The position numbers were made by a program, and so were the translations under genes. From positions 40,114,001 to 40,178,000 of the forward strand of contig NC_043010.1 of assembly GCF_006345805.1 (NCBI RefSeq): a DNA stretch of 64,000 nucleotides. Direction: 5' to 3'. Source of the stretch: Octopus sinensis. Lineage: Eukaryota. Under the pieces are notes generated by a model. The model was not told where the DNA came from. It ran no database searches and saw only the letters and a program-made list of their open reading frames with translations. Below are positions 14,030-27,521 of this stretch, piece after piece; positions within the stretch are counted from its first letter, which is position 1, and every line of letters begins with the position of its first letter.

Positions 14030-14800
14030 CTAGCACGAGTGCGTGTTTTGTAGCTCTTGTTTGTGATATATTGTACGCTGGCGATACTCTTCCTGTTGGC
14101 ATCTTGGAACAATATGTCCAAGAAAATAAATTATCGCATCTCCAGAGCCAATTTTACAAGTCTAGCGAAGATTATGCTCATGTTTACACATGCTGTGTAA
14201 GAGATATATGTGAGAGTACATACACTTGTCTAATGGACTATAAAGATATAATGCATTCTTTATGGAAGTGACAGCACTATCACATGGGTTGCATCACTAG
14301 ATTCCGAAATACGTACAAACAATACCTGAGCAACATTTGTATCTGACAGAGAAGCGCAGAAAAAGGTAAACTGTGTCGGCTTGGAAGACGGTCTCCTTAA
14401 ATACCGTTTTTGATGGGTTGATTACATCATCGAATTTAATGATGTTATGCTTTCGGGAGTTATGAAGAATAAATTATCTATATGCAGACAATGAAAACAG
14501 CCTTGATTCCTTGAACATCAGCATAGATTATTAGGAATATTTTGCGGCGATCAGTCTAAAAGGACGAATAATACCTGCTGTTTATAAACATCCGAATTTC
14601 CCATTATAAACATCCGAATTTCTGCTGAACTTTGAAGTTTTTGATGAAAGAGAGGGGCCAAAGATAATTCTGCCAGCGCACTCCATGGATGTGTTGGTCG
14701 TTCAAGAGCCGAAATTGTTACCCACAGAATATCACATATTTGTAGATCAACACGGGTTGGTTATATGCTCACAACTCCATAGGCATAAATAGTGTACAAC
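14030..14800 (+). mobile_element. Possible Academ-like transposase remnant
   Basis: Interrupted frames give HYHMGCITRFRNTY (YH..C...N.Y-like), NTVFDGLI and HRLLGIF/KGRII in the order expected for Academ N-terminal regions. Weak. Confidence 0.3.
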
Positions 14801-15436
14801 TGTCCTTTATGTCCAAAGGTAGACTGACAATCATTTTTGACAGATTGTGAAAGCAGTAAGGTGTTAAATGACTTAAAATCAACAAAAATCCAATTTTTCC
14901 CCTCTTCCACTTCAGGGACGATACAATCTGGTGCCAACAAATTAGTAAAGAAACTCTCTTTATTACAAAATACAGACTACTTCAGAACGCGTCTACGACA
15001 AACGCCGTATCCACATTGGCCTTAGAATAGTACAAATACACACGCGAATATTAAAAATGATACACTCAAGAGATTCCCAAGAATTCATTAAAAAACAGTC
15101 CCAATCACTGCTATAATCCATAACGAATCAATTTTAAGTCATTTAACACCTAATACTTTCACACTACGTACATTCATTCTTATTCTCCCTTCTCTTTCTT
15201 CTTCTTCTTCTTCATCTTCTTCTTCTTCATCTTCTTCTTCTTCTTTTTTTTCTTCTTCATATTCTTCTTCTTCATCTTCTTCGTCTCTTTCCTTCTCCTT
15301 CCTAACTTTATCACTAATGCTTTTTAGAATAACACCTACACAACTTCTATAAACAAAACTTTCAAAAGAAATATTTTCATGAATTGACTGCTATCATCCA
15401 CTGACCATTCAAAATACTACTATCATGGCACACCGA

Positions 15437-15650
15437 AATTCTTCTTCTTCTTCTTCTTCTTCTTCTTCTTCTTCTTCTTCTTCTTCTTCTTCTTCTTCTT
15501 CTTCTTCTTCTTCATCTTCTTTTTCTTCTTCTTCTTCTTCTCCTCCTCCTCCTTCTTCTTCTTCTTCTTCTTCTTTTCTTCTTCTTCTTCTTCTTCTTCT
15601 TCTCCTCCTCCTCCTTCTTCTTCTTCTTCTCTTCTTCTTCTTCTTCTTCT
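15437..15650. repeat. (TTC)n/(CTC)n polypyrimidine tract
   Basis: Directly visible. Explains the poly-S/L/E/R ORFs. Confidence 0.95.
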
Positions 15651-15915
15651 CTACCAAGAATTCACAACGAGCTCGAAGGCACAAGAGTAAACAAGAGAGA
15701 CAGAAACAGGCAGAAACAAGGAAAATGCCACTTGTATTTGAACACTATACAAATATTCTTTTAAAAAAACCTTTTCTTTTCATTTTTCTAGAGATTTATT
15801 AATTATTATATTGTTAGTTGAAAAAGTCTAAATTACTGAAACCGGTGCTGAAATGTTTTTATAAAATTGATTTCGCATTTTCTATCTTGACTTTTTTTTC
15901 CATATATATCAACTC

Positions 15916-16287
15916 ATGTGTTCCTTTTCATCTAATTTTACTTGTGCCTCTGAAAACATAATTTATGTCATAAAATGCTCGGGCTGCCACCAAGACTACG
16001 TGGGATCCACGGGACTATCACTCAGACGTAGATGCACACTGCATCGACAACAGATTGCATTCCCAGAATACAGAATGATACCTTTTAGTGAGCACATTGA
16101 GAAATGCGCAAATCAACTACTACCACAATTTTTAATCTTTCCATTTTACCAATGTGCTATCGGTACACCAACACAAATTAGACTAAACAAGGAAACATTC
16201 TTCATTGAAAAGTACAAGCACAGACTTAACCATTCCAACATACTTATACAGAGAAATTCACCCCAAAGGAAAGGCAAAAAAATTTAA
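15916..16287 (+). CDS. GIY-YIG endonuclease domain of a Penelope-like element (fragment, probably non-functional)
   Basis: NFTCASENIIYVIKCSGCHQDYVGSTGLSLRRRCTLHRQQI...RLNKETFFIEKY..LN shows IIY/YVG, CxxC and the conserved R, H, E and N residues. Confidence 0.85.
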   Translation: MCSFSSNFTCASENIIYVIKCSGCHQDYVGSTGLSLRRRCTLHRQQIAFPEYRMIPFSEHIEKCANQLLPQFLIFPFYQCAIGTPTQIRLNKETFFIEKYKHRLNHSNILIQRNSPQRKGKKI

Positions 16288-16396
16288 GAGATTATCTCCC
16301 ATACACCGGAAGAAATCACTTATTACCTCCCCTTATCTAGAACTCTCTTCAACATAAATATAACGATAACTCTTCTCAGCATAAATATAACGACGT

Positions 16397-16436
16397 AAGA
16401 AATTTGAAAAGCTAAACGCGAAACCAGTCATTTCTT
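16397..16436 (+). ncRNA. Decayed type I hammerhead ribozyme
   Basis: AAGAAAT-TTGAAAA-GC taaac GC-GAAAC-CA-GTC-ATTTCTT: 7-bp stem I and a GUC site, with core changes C3U and G8A. Confidence 0.5.
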
Positions 16437-17723
16437 CTAAATTATGTCATTGTAAGAAAAAGGAAAAAAAAAAATTATAGTATTCTTCAGACATATTGAC
16501 TCAAATATATATTTTTTAACCTTTTAAAACAAGCCTTCTGTAGTCTTTTCACTTTTTACTATTTTCTATATTATATATATATAGACATATATATATTATA
16601 TATATATATATATATGCATGTATCTATATATGATGGTGTGTACATTTGTATGTATTCTGTATATTCATGTTGTGTGCGTATCTCTGACCACTTAAGCGTT
16701 CATGTTTAAGTGTATCTATGTGTATGTGTGACTATGAAGGTACGTCTGTTATGTATAGATGTGTGTCTCCATATGTGCCCTTGTGTGCGTGTGTGTGTGT
16801 GTGTGTGAAGTGTACTTCTGAGAAAAAAGAAATTGAAGAGTCGGTGTTGCGAGCTAGCTCCCTATTCTGTAGTTTGCGTATGTATGAAGATATAATCGGT
16901 GGAGATGGAACTTGCGTGCGCAGGATAGCGTTGCTATAATAGCCAATGGACTGCATGGAATACAGAATCTGGGATGAGATACAGACTAGATATGAATCTA
17001 GTTGTCTGATAACAGCGGTGGTGGAAAGTATATGCATATACATATATATACTCTATTCCGCATCTGTATATTTTTATATGATTAGAAGTATTTACATAGA
17101 CATCGAGGAACGTAGGTACATATGAACGTAGTCTATATAAATGTATACAAACTTTATTACATTCGTCACCCTTTGTAGTTCATTCACGAATCTCCTATTG
17201 AAATTTCTAACTTGACCAGACATTGAAAATCATATTAGAACAGCAGACCATCGAGGCATATAACATTACAACACTTGCTGGTACAGATATCGACCAAGAC
17301 AATCATATTTTCAACCAGCAAGGGAGACGATGTTTTCGGTGTTTACAACTATGTCCACTAATTAAGTATCAATATATCATCCGACATCGAAAATAGCTTG
17401 TTAATATATATTCAGAAATGACATGTTGACACTGTAATCGATGGGTGACATGATCCGTGTAATAAGCCTAATCTATTGGTGAACGTATATAAAGATTTAT
17501 TCTTCGTCCTGATTATTTCGTCGCATGCCAAACACCTATTCTGTCAACGTTTCAGGAAGCAAGACTTTCTCCGTTAAGGTTGGGATAATGTTAATTAAAT
17601 CTTTGGTGTTGTGTGATTTAGATGTGTACGTATGCGATACACACACACGCATATATATTACATATATATATTTATGCATATATATATGTTTGCATATATG
17701 TATGTACATATATATATATACAA

Positions 17724-17762
<39 letters not shown>

Positions 17763-18129
17763 CTATATATATATATATATATGTATGTATATATATATAT
17801 ATATGTATATGTAATATATATGTATATATATATATGTATGTATATATGTAGTATTGTATATGATGTATGTATGTATATAGATCAAAAAACAATGCGAGTT
17901 AAAAAAAGGAAGATAAGTCTTATATTTCTATTTTCCTCAGTCTAGACTCCTACTTCTGGAAAAATAAATTGAAGAATCGGTGTCGTGAGCTAGCTTTCGT
18001 ACTCTGCGGTTTGTGTACTTATTTAGAATCTAAGATGACATACCAAGGAGTGATACCAGCGGTTGTGGATATTTAATTACTAGTGTATTACTCACTTGAA
18101 ACCAATGTGAAGAATCTTGTCTTGCTTCA

Positions 18130-18810
18130 CATCTCCCACGGCAAGAAATGCCGTCATTGTTGCCAAATGTACGGAACAGACCGATTTAGAAATTGCTGAG
18201 TTTCTAAATATTGCAAGATTTTTGTATACAAGACTCTGATGAATTTTAAAGCCTTTTGGGGGAATGTTTTTATTGTTTCTAACAGAAAAAAAAGCAATAT
18301 TTTCAGTGTTCTACTCTGTAAGGCGAGGGCGATTACGCCAAAACGTTCAAAACAGCACCGTAGAATCAATGAGTCACCATTAAAGAATCTCAGGTGTCTG
18401 AGTAGACTAACACGGGGATATGTATTTAGGAGAGATTAATCCATAGCAGCAAAGACACTGAAAACCGTTTAAGAAAAACATAGTTGTTACTTGACAAGGT
18501 AAAACCTGTAACCAATATAGCATGCTTTGCTTCTTCTCTGATGATAAAACTTCGACCACGATCAAATCTCAAACAGAACAAAAGACAGATGGTTATATGT
18601 AGCTCTTTCTGATGTTCCCAAGTCAAAGCACGTTTAGTTTCCAGCAGTTGTGAGGGACTTAGGAGTGAAATGAAATGAAGATCATGTCATACTACGTTAC
18701 ATCTATCCACAGTGTCTTAGAATTAAAACTGAGAGATACATTGAGGTACTGCAAACAGTTGTTAAGTAGTCATCAAAGCTGAATGGTGGCTCATAAAATG
18801 ATCAAAAAAA
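18130..18810 (+). mobile_element. Tc1/mariner transposase remnant (maT/DD37D-like)
   Basis: VIVAKCTEQTDLEIAEFLNIARF, FFSDDK, DRWLYVALSDVP and YPQCLRIKTERYIEVLQTVVK, with stops and frameshifts. Confidence 0.75.
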
Positions 18811-18867
18811 GAAATGATATCGAGAATAAATTCACAATTTTTCTTAAAGCACATTTTATCTTTGCTA

Positions 18868-19017
18868 TAGGCGCAGGAGTGGTTGTGTGGTAAGTAGCTT
18901 ACTTACCGACCACATGGTTCCAGGTTCAGTCCCACTGCGTGACACCTAGGGCGCTTCGGGCCGACCAAAGCCTTGTGAGTGGATTTGGTTGACAGAAACT
19001 GAAAGAAGTCCATCGTG

Positions 19018-19088
<71 letters not shown>

Positions 19089-19270
19089 TTGTGTTGTATG
19101 TCTGTTTTTGTACCCACAACATCGCTTGACAACCGATGTGTTACGTCACCGTAACTTAACGCTCCGGCAAAAGCGAACGATAGAATAAGTACTAGGCTTC
19201 TACTATAGCCTCGGGCCCGACCAAAGCCTTGTGAGGGGATTTGGTAGACGGAAACTGAAAGAAGCCCGTC

Positions 19271-19328
<58 letters not shown>

Positions 19329-19520
19329 TGTGTGTGTGTGTTTGTCCCTCCAGCATCGGTTGTCAAGCGATGCTGGTGTGTTTACGTCCCCGAAACCTAG
19401 CGGTTTGACAAGAGAGACTGATAGAACAAGTACTAGGCTTTGGGTCGATTTGCTCGACTAAAGGCGGTGCTCCAGCATGGCTTCAGTCAAATGACTGAAA
19501 CAAGTAAAAGAGTATAAAAG
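18868..19520 (+). mobile_element. Two fused SINE family A copies
   Basis: The first copy stops at AAGTACTAGGCT (~19198). The second starts mid-body at TCTACTATAGCC and runs to the tail. Confidence 0.85.
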
Positions 19521-20285
19521 GGTATAGTGGATTTTTATTAAATTACCAAATTTGTCCTCAATTACCTCTTGTACCTTTATGCTGCGATGATAAACAAGCA
19601 ATGGACAAAACTCCAACAATGTCAGTTAATTTAAATTTGACAAAAGATAAAAATTCATTCATATCCTGTTACATCATTCGTTTGCGTTTGTCTGACGTTT
19701 TCACTAGTCAGATTCTATCTATTATTGCCACTGGTTTTGCATTGATTTGTGATAATTTAGGTGTGTGACAACGTTGTCATTTAATAGATAATTAATATAT
19801 TTTGCACTATTATCATGGTATTGTATACCCTTTGTCTATTTGGTGGTTATTCTGGTTGCATTCGTCTCCTGCAAAATAAGAATCTGATTTTCATTTTTAA
19901 AATGTTATGTCGATTTTTCGCCTTTCAATTTCGTAGATATCATTTTTCTGCTTATCACATTCGTAACCGGTTCCTACCTTCTTAATTCATTTCCTTCCCT
20001 TTGTTTTTTTTTTTTGTTTTTTTTCAATTCTACACTATATCTCTTTTCATTAGCTATTTTCATAGCTGTCTGTATCAAACTGTGAATTGAATTATCATAT
20101 CCTATTTCACAAATATATTTCAATGTTGCACTGCTCAATTCAACCGCTAAAATTCTAATTCTTTCTCGTATATAATATATGCTTTATATCGAATGACTGT
20201 AAGAAGGCTTGTGATATACGCAGTAAGCGGTTTGAATTTTACATGAAATATTGGTAGACATGTGTATGTATGTATGCATGTATGT

Positions 20286-20317
<32 letters not shown>

Positions 20318-20520
20318 TGTATGTATGTATGTACGCATATGTATGTATATTCATACATACCTCTCTATACATATACTTCTTTCTATATATAATCCTGTCT
20401 TTCTCCTCAAATACATATTTATAAATATATATAGTATCAAGAGACAGACAGATGCATAGAAATTCAAGCATTTACTTGCATATAATGGCATACGATTTTT
20501 GAATAACCACGCGTACTCAC

Positions 20521-20559
<39 letters not shown>

Positions 20560-21312
20560 CGTATACCATAATGTGTTAAATATATACATATATGTAAGTA
20601 AGTATGTATGTATACATTTAACATCTTTACAGCTCCATCTTTGTGTATCATGTTTCTCTTTCGCGTAGTAATCAGTTGCATCATAAATTTGCTTGTAGTA
20701 TCGGACATTGCTGATTACTAATTATGCAATGTTAATCTAATTAATTGATCTTAATTTCGTGAAGACTTAACAGCTTTTGCTATTGCTTTTAAAACAGTCG
20801 TCGAAAAAAAATCACTTAAATATGCGTCTAAGTTTATCAGGAATTTCATGGATGTCTCAATTTATTCAACGTTTATAATTAGACAGCATTTCCGACATGG
20901 TAATAAATTATACCGCTTCAGATGATCCACCGAATACCTCTACATGAGATTGGTTCAATTTTTTAAGGTTTTATTTATTGCTGTTTTTCTTGTATTTGTT
21001 GTTTGATACAATTTCAGCCTAATTTTATAGGAAAAAAAAAAAACTCGATAAAATGTATTTCCAGACGAAACACCACCTGTTTAAATGTAGTGTGCCATTA
21101 GAGAAAATAAACAAAATTGAGAGTAAATAAATAAAAACGAAACAAACTGAGCTGCAGTGTAGTCTGAGGAATATTTCATTTCTAATCGAAACTGTTGATG
21201 ATAGTTTTAGCCCAGGCCAGTTGAAATCTGATTGTTATATAAAATGATGCAACAGCAGACCAAATGTAATGACTAACCATTACATTTTTTTTGTTTTGTA
21301 TTGTTGTTTACC

Positions 21313-21475
21313 ATAGGCGCATGTGTGGTAAGTAGCTTGCTTAACAGCAACATGGCTCCGGGTTCATTCCCACTGTGTGGGACCTTGAGCAAATGCCTTC
21401 TACTATAGCTTTGGGCCGACCAAACCCTTGTGAGTGGATTTGGTGGACAGAACTGAAAGAAGTCTGTCGTATATA
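21313..21475 (+). mobile_element. SINE family A, 5' half
   Basis: Head and body up to the internal (TA) tract, then replaced by the HHR-like repeat. Confidence 0.85.
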
Positions 21476-21487
21476 TGTATGTATCGC

Positions 21488-21675
21488 TATGATAGATCAT
21501 TAGCCACTACACACATTTTTCTCTCCTTGTTTTTATTCTGTGTCCCTTTCTGTAGAAGAGCGTAGGCTCGAAACGTAAAAGAACTTTTCTATTCCTGAGC
21601 GTTATATTAATACATCTGTTTGTTTTGTACACCACCTGTCTTCGCCTTTGGTTTTTTTTTCGTAAACTCCCTATA
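21488..21675 (+). mobile_element. Dispersed HHR-like repeat, copy 2
   Basis: CTTT-CTGTAGAA-GAGC gtag GCTC-GAAACGTA-AAAG at 21546-21581. Homologous to 2993-3180. Confidence 0.75.
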
Positions 21676-21869
21676 TATATTATATATTATATTTTATATT
21701 TTATATTTCTATTTCCTTGTCTAATTATATTTACTATATATTTTGTATAATGCCTTTACTGTTATGTAATGGTGTAATAAAGTATTGATTGGGTATCATC
21801 TGATGGTTGATAATTGATTGATTTAAGTATGTTTCTCCATTTTCTAATTTTGTAGTATATATATATATG

Positions 21870-21910
<41 letters not shown>

Positions 21911-22017
21911 GTGTGTGTGTATACACATGCACACACATTTACACAACGACACATAAACACACACACACACACACTCACACACACATATATATATATGTAT
22001 ATATATGTATATATATA

Positions 22018-22048
<31 letters not shown>

Positions 22049-22610
22049 CCTCCTGCATACCATACCTTGACTTCTTTTAAAACGTGGAGGAATAAAGTGC
22101 AGCATATACATTTTTAGCTTTACGGATAACAAGAGATTTTTCTGATCTACTCAGGATATGAAAGTTACATTACATATGCAATATACTTGATCTCATGTAA
22201 CATTACTTTTTTTTATATAATCAGACAACGTAGGAATCTATGTATATATGAGAAAAATAAACGTGTTTTTCTCTATTCCCTGTCCATTATCGATGCGACA
22301 GATTAATTTCTGTTGTCATATTTTACTAGTTTTTTATAGGCATTATGTAAATTACGTTACACGGTCCTTCATTTTGATTTTCAAATTTTAATAATAATAT
22401 GAAAAATTTCTGCCCTTTCAGGAAAAATGATTTACAATGAAACTGATTTTATCAAATGTGTGTATGTATGTATAAAGCCGCTTAAAGTTTACTAAGACAA
22501 ATTAGCTTCAATATACACATCCGGTTTGTAAGAAATAGAAGCCGAACATATCGCAAACCGAAACCTACTTTCGTAAAATACACTCCGAGTTGATGGTTGT
22601 AGACAGCCAT

Positions 22611-22784
22611 ATAGGCGCAGGAGTGGCTGTGTCGTAAGTAGCTTGCTTACCAACGACATGGTTCCGGGTTCATTCCCACTGCGTGGCACCTTGGACAAGT
22701 GTCTTCTACTATAGCCTCTGTCCGACCAAACACTTGTGAGTGGATTTGGTAGACGGAAACTGAAACGAGCCCGTCGTATATATG

Positions 22785-22868
<84 letters not shown>

Positions 22869-23082
22869 TTGTGTGTCTGTGTTTGTCCCTCCCCAAACAT
22901 CGCTTGAGAACCGATGGTGATATGTTTGCGTCACCGAAACTTAGCGGTTCGGCAAAAGAGAGCAAATAATTAAGTACTAGGATTACAAAGAATAAGTCCT
23001 GGGGTCGGTTTGTTCGACTAAAGGTGGTACTCCAGCATGACCACAGTCAAATGACCGAAACAAGTAAAAGAATAAAAGAGAT
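22611..23082 (+). mobile_element. SINE family A
   Basis: Full-length family A structure. Confidence 0.9.
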
Positions 23083-23620
23083 GATATGGTATGCCACTCC
23101 TTATAAGCATGTTTGAATTGGGATGACCTGGGAACCAATCAGAACATTACAGCAAAGGTTTACTGCATTCAACACGCTGAAATAAATGCTCACTTGCAAA
23201 ACAATGAGACCTGCATTGGTAAATAGGTGTGGCCCAATTCTGCCCCATGATAATGCAAACCTATATGTTGCAAGAATGACGCTGCAGAAACTTCCATAGT
23301 TGGAATACGAGACTTTACCACATCCTATATATTATCTTGATCTCTCACTCACTGACTATCATTTTTTAAGCATTTAAACACGTTTTAAGAGATAAAACTT
23401 TCAGGTCCAAACCAGAAGTGGAACTAGCTTTCAAAGATTTCTTAGCATCAAAGCCAATAAGTTTTTATCAACGAGGCATGAATAATCTCGTTGATTGAGG
23501 GTTGAGACGCATAGATGTTCACGGCTCATACTTTGACTAATCAAAACATTTCTATTGTTAAATTTTTCAGAATAGAATTATGTTTCTGAAATCGGCCATT
23601 ATTTTCTGAACACCCTAATA
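23083..23620 (+). mobile_element. Mariner (DD34D) 3' remnant
   Basis: HDNA, ETLPHP, DYHFFKHL and SYFD* motifs. Ends in a TIR-like GGCCATTATTTTCTGAACACCCTAATA. Confidence 0.85.
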
Positions 23621-23624
23621 CAGT

Positions 23625-24005
23625 TATTCTCTTTTATTCTCTGTTACTTGTTTCCGTCGCTAAACTGCGATCATGCTAGGCCACTGCCTTAAAGAACATT
23701 TTAATCGAATAACTTGATCCCAGTACTTATGTTTTGTAAAACATGGAGCTTATTCTATCGTTATGTTATGGAGATGTGAAAATACCAACACCGGTTATCA
23801 AGCGTTGCGATGCGAGACAACACAGATGCAAAGACACATGCGCACATACGTATATATGCCTGGCTTCTTTTAGTTTCCGTCTCCCTAATCCACTCACTAG
23901 GCTTTGGTCGACCCAAGGCTACAGTAGATGATAATTTCCCCAAGGTGCAACCCAGTGGGCCTCAACGCGGAACCCTGTGATTGGGATGTAAACTTCTTAC
24001 CACAA
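23625..24005 (-). mobile_element. SINE family A, diverged
   Basis: Reverse-complement homology to the family A body and tail. Confidence 0.7.
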
Positions 24006-24495
24006 AGAGGAAGAACTAATTCTGATACAGCGATGAACGGATATAAAGAAGAAATATTTATGACTATAACAGAGACAAACTTACCTTTTTACAATTCGAT
24101 AAATGCCAAAGTTTGTGAACGTTATAGTTTTATGTATAGTTGTTTCAATTCCCAGCCTATGAATACATAATACGATAAAAGACTGTGTTGGTAGAAGATG
24201 TTAAATTGAAATTATGTTAAACATCATATAGGGTCTCGTCTTACAGTGACATTTCGTATATAATTAAGCCATCTTTGTATATAGATACGCGTTAATCACC
24301 GCCATTGCGTACTGCACTATTGAAGGAGGTGGTGAATAATGCGAGGGAGAATTATGATCGTATACATATGAGGATTTGTATAAGGATTATCTCGTGTAGT
24401 TACCCTACTTATTGACTCTTTTCTAACAAGAAAACAATGTGATTCCATCATGTGTGCGTAGGGAGTGGAAGTACGATGATATATACACGTGTGTG

Positions 24496-24604
<109 letters not shown>

Positions 24605-25027
24605 TTACTTTGGTACAGGCCCATACATTTTGGTGCACGAAATGACGACGTTGAAATAAAGCAATGGTCTGGTACATGAGTGACATGAAACTTATAACGT
24701 GGTTATACCATTTATTAGAAGTAACAGCCAGATCTCTCACAAATCTCATTGTACTGTCTTTCTTTTTTCTTTTCTTATTTTTTTGGAAAAAAAACAGGAG
24801 ACGGGTGTGTATATTTATACATATTCTGACTGGTAATTATTTTATCTACCCCGTGAGAGAGAAAAGCAAAGTCATGGCTGAAGAAGGTTTCAAAGACAGA
24901 ACGGAAATAAACATAACCAAAGAGAAACCTAAATTTTGTTAGGTAATAATGCCACTCTAACGTTTATTGTTTCGTAATAGAAGTTAAATGTTGCTATTGG
25001 AATTCAAGTGTCAGAGTGGTATCAATC

Positions 25028-25173
25028 TTAATCGAATTGTGATTTGAAATTTCTGGATTGAAGTTGACCAGGAGGACCACCTCGGGTAAGATTTGTCAAG
25101 CAATGTACATCCAATTTTGAATATAGTTCCACGTCAAAATCGTTGCGCCATTTGGTCCCAGCTTCTGATATTT
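25028..25173 (-). CDS. Candidate terminal coding exon of an unidentified gene
   Basis: Acceptor tctttag, phase 1, ISEAGTKWRNDFDVELYSKLDVHCLTNLTRGGPPGQLQSRNFKSQFD*. AATAAA follows about 60 nt later (24963-24968). Confidence 0.45.
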
Positions 25174-26250
25174 CTAAAGAATCTCTCCGACTTAGAACAA
25201 GTAGTGATTACGTAAAGTTAAAAGTAAAGAAAGCATTAAGATTCTAAATATTAGGACAGTCTAAGTAGCATTAATACTACAACAACAACAATAAGAATAA
25301 AATCCAAGAAAAAGAAAAACTACTTTTGCCAAAAAAATATATGATGTAAAAAAAAGTTATAAGTAACAAAAAATATCTAAAAGTGTTCAAGAATTTAAAT
25401 AAAAATGCATTGGAAATCTGACCGATTTTTTCTCTTTTTTTTGGTTATTTATTACTTTAGTTATATTATTAATTTGTTTGTGTATAAATTTTTATTTTCA
25501 TTTATTTATTTATTTTAGAAGTCGCTTATTTCTTCACCGTTTTTCTTGGCTTTTCTTTTCCTTATCGAGATTTGGCTATGCTATTTTTCTCTGAGACGGA
25601 GACATTATTCCTTGATTGTAAAGAGAAACCTGGGCAATATGTTAAGTTGAGCAAAGAGAATGAATAATGTGACCGAAAGAGGGGGAGGAGATTCCAGACG
25701 TATTAGAGAAGAGGGAGAAGAGAAGAAAGTACGAGAAAGAAAGGAAGAAAGAACAAAAGAAAGAAAAAGAAAGAAATAAATAAAAGAAAAACTGAATGAA
25801 TGAATGAAAGGGGAGGACGAGAAATGAGAGAGAAAAGATATTGTGAGGAAAATGTGCTGCGCAGTTTGTAAAGTTGGTCTGTCAGACGATTTAGATAGAA
25901 AAGAACTATGAAAGTCTGTAACTTGTAACAAACTATAGACTTGGGAAACGATAACAGAATTAAGACTAAATATAATAAAATGAAATAAATAAATAAAAAT
26001 AACGTATAGTAGCAGAAAATGTTCAGAAGAATCTGCAGAGGGTGTAATAATGTGATGGAATATTATTTTACGCGATAACACGAGACTACTTTTTGACCCA
26101 GTTCAGCGCTGATCGATTTAGACATATCATCAACAGTCCAATCATGGTCATTTCATTATATATTCCAAGTATATCAATTTACAATATAATATTCTTTTTT
26201 CATAAGACTGCATATTGTTTGAGGGATATTTCCCTGTTCTTTCAACTATG

Positions 26251-26615
26251 GCACTCGTGGGTTCCAGCTGATCCAATCAACGGAACAGCATGCTCGTGAG
26301 ATTAACGTGCAAGTGGCTGAGCACTCCGCAGACACGTGTAACTTTAATGTAGTTATCGCAGAGATTCAGCGTGAATCAGTGTGACAAGACAGACTCTTTG
26401 AAATACAGGTACAAGAGAAACAGGAAGAAAGACTGAGAGGAAATTGTGGTGAAAGAGTACAGCAGGGTTCGCTAAACCCCTCGCCGCCGCTGGAGCCTCG
26501 TGGAGCTTTAGGTGTTTTCGCCCAATAAACACTCACAACGCCCGGTCTGCGAATCGAAACGCGATCCTATGACTGCGAGTCTACTGCCCTAACCACTGGG
26601 CCATTGCACCTCCAC
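26251..26615 (-). mobile_element. SINE family B, full length
   Basis: tRNA-like head GTGGAGGTGCAATGGCCCAGTGGTTAGGG on the minus strand. Homologous to 29586-29965. Confidence 0.85.
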
Positions 26616-26711
26616 GACTGATACTTCTACTGAGCTATTCTATTACTAAGTGGCTTAGTAATGGCTTATATTATATCATGTTGATTTATTATTGAGCAAC
26701 TATGAAGCTAC

Positions 26712-27185
26712 GGGCTTGCAGAATCGTTAACACGACGGACAAATAACTTGGCAGCATTTCGTACGTCTTTACATTATGAGTTCAAATCCCGCCGACGTCG
26801 ACTTTGCCTTTCATCCTTTAAATAAATAAATGCGCCCTCTTTAAAGCCTAGCCAGGCTCATGGGCCCGGTTTCCCGTTTTCTATAGCGTATGTGTTCTCA
26901 AGCTGGACGGGACGCCAGTCCATCGCAGTGTTACTCCTTCTTGCCAGCTGAGTGGACTGGAGCAACGTGAAATGAAGTGTTTTGCTTAAGAACACAACGC
27001 GTCGCCCGGTCCAGGAATCCAAACCACAATCTTACGATCATAGTGCTGACACCTTAACCACTAAGCCACGCGCTTCCACGTTTCATCCTTTCAGATCGCT
27101 AAAATAAGCACGTGTTGAGCAGTAAGGGGGCTTTAATCGACTTACTCCCTTCCCCAAAATTACTGGCCTCGTACCAAACTTTGAA
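26712..27185 (+). mobile_element. SINE family C interrupted by a V-SINE-like copy
   Basis: Family C sequence resumes after the insertion. Confidence 0.75.
26820..27080 (-). mobile_element. V-SINE-like tRNA-derived SINE with 11-bp TSD
   Basis: Head GTGGAAGCGCGTGGCTTAGTGG, V-domain-like GCTCCAGTCCACTCAGCTG...CTGCGATGGACTGGCGTCCCGTCCAG, and (ATTT)n tail. TTTCATCCTTT occurs at both 26809-26819 and 27081-27091. Confidence 0.8.
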
Positions 27186-27521
27186 ATCATTATTAACCAA
27201 CAATAGTCGGAGAGTCTCTAGAGCCGCCGGATAAAATTTCCTTACAGTATTCGTTTTATCTCCTTGTACACTGAGTAAAAATCGTTACTCTTTTTGACAT
27301 TTATTTAGCCTCCAGGATAACAGCGATTCAACATATCGAATTGTAAAAAAAATGGCTGCTAATTCTAGCAGATCGAGTGACCTTTTGGAAACGCCCTGCT
27401 ATGCATTGGTTTGTTGGCAACTGCGCAAGATGGTGTTCGCGAAAATGTTCGTGATTCTAAGATATGATGCTGATGAGAGATGATGATGATGATGATGATG
27501 ATTCTTTTTATTTTTTTATAA

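Larger units (their letters stand above)
14850..16440 (+). mobile_element. Penelope-like element, 3' part, interrupted by (TTC)n tracts
   Basis: RT-thumb-like YFRTRLRQTPYPH upstream, a GIY-YIG ORF, and a 3' decayed hammerhead at 16397-16436. Confidence 0.75.

Noticed and set aside
15409-15802. Poly-S/L and poly-E/R ORFs
   Set aside because: Translations of (TTC)n tracts. The same applies to 32605-33291 and all YI/CV/HT-repeat ORFs.
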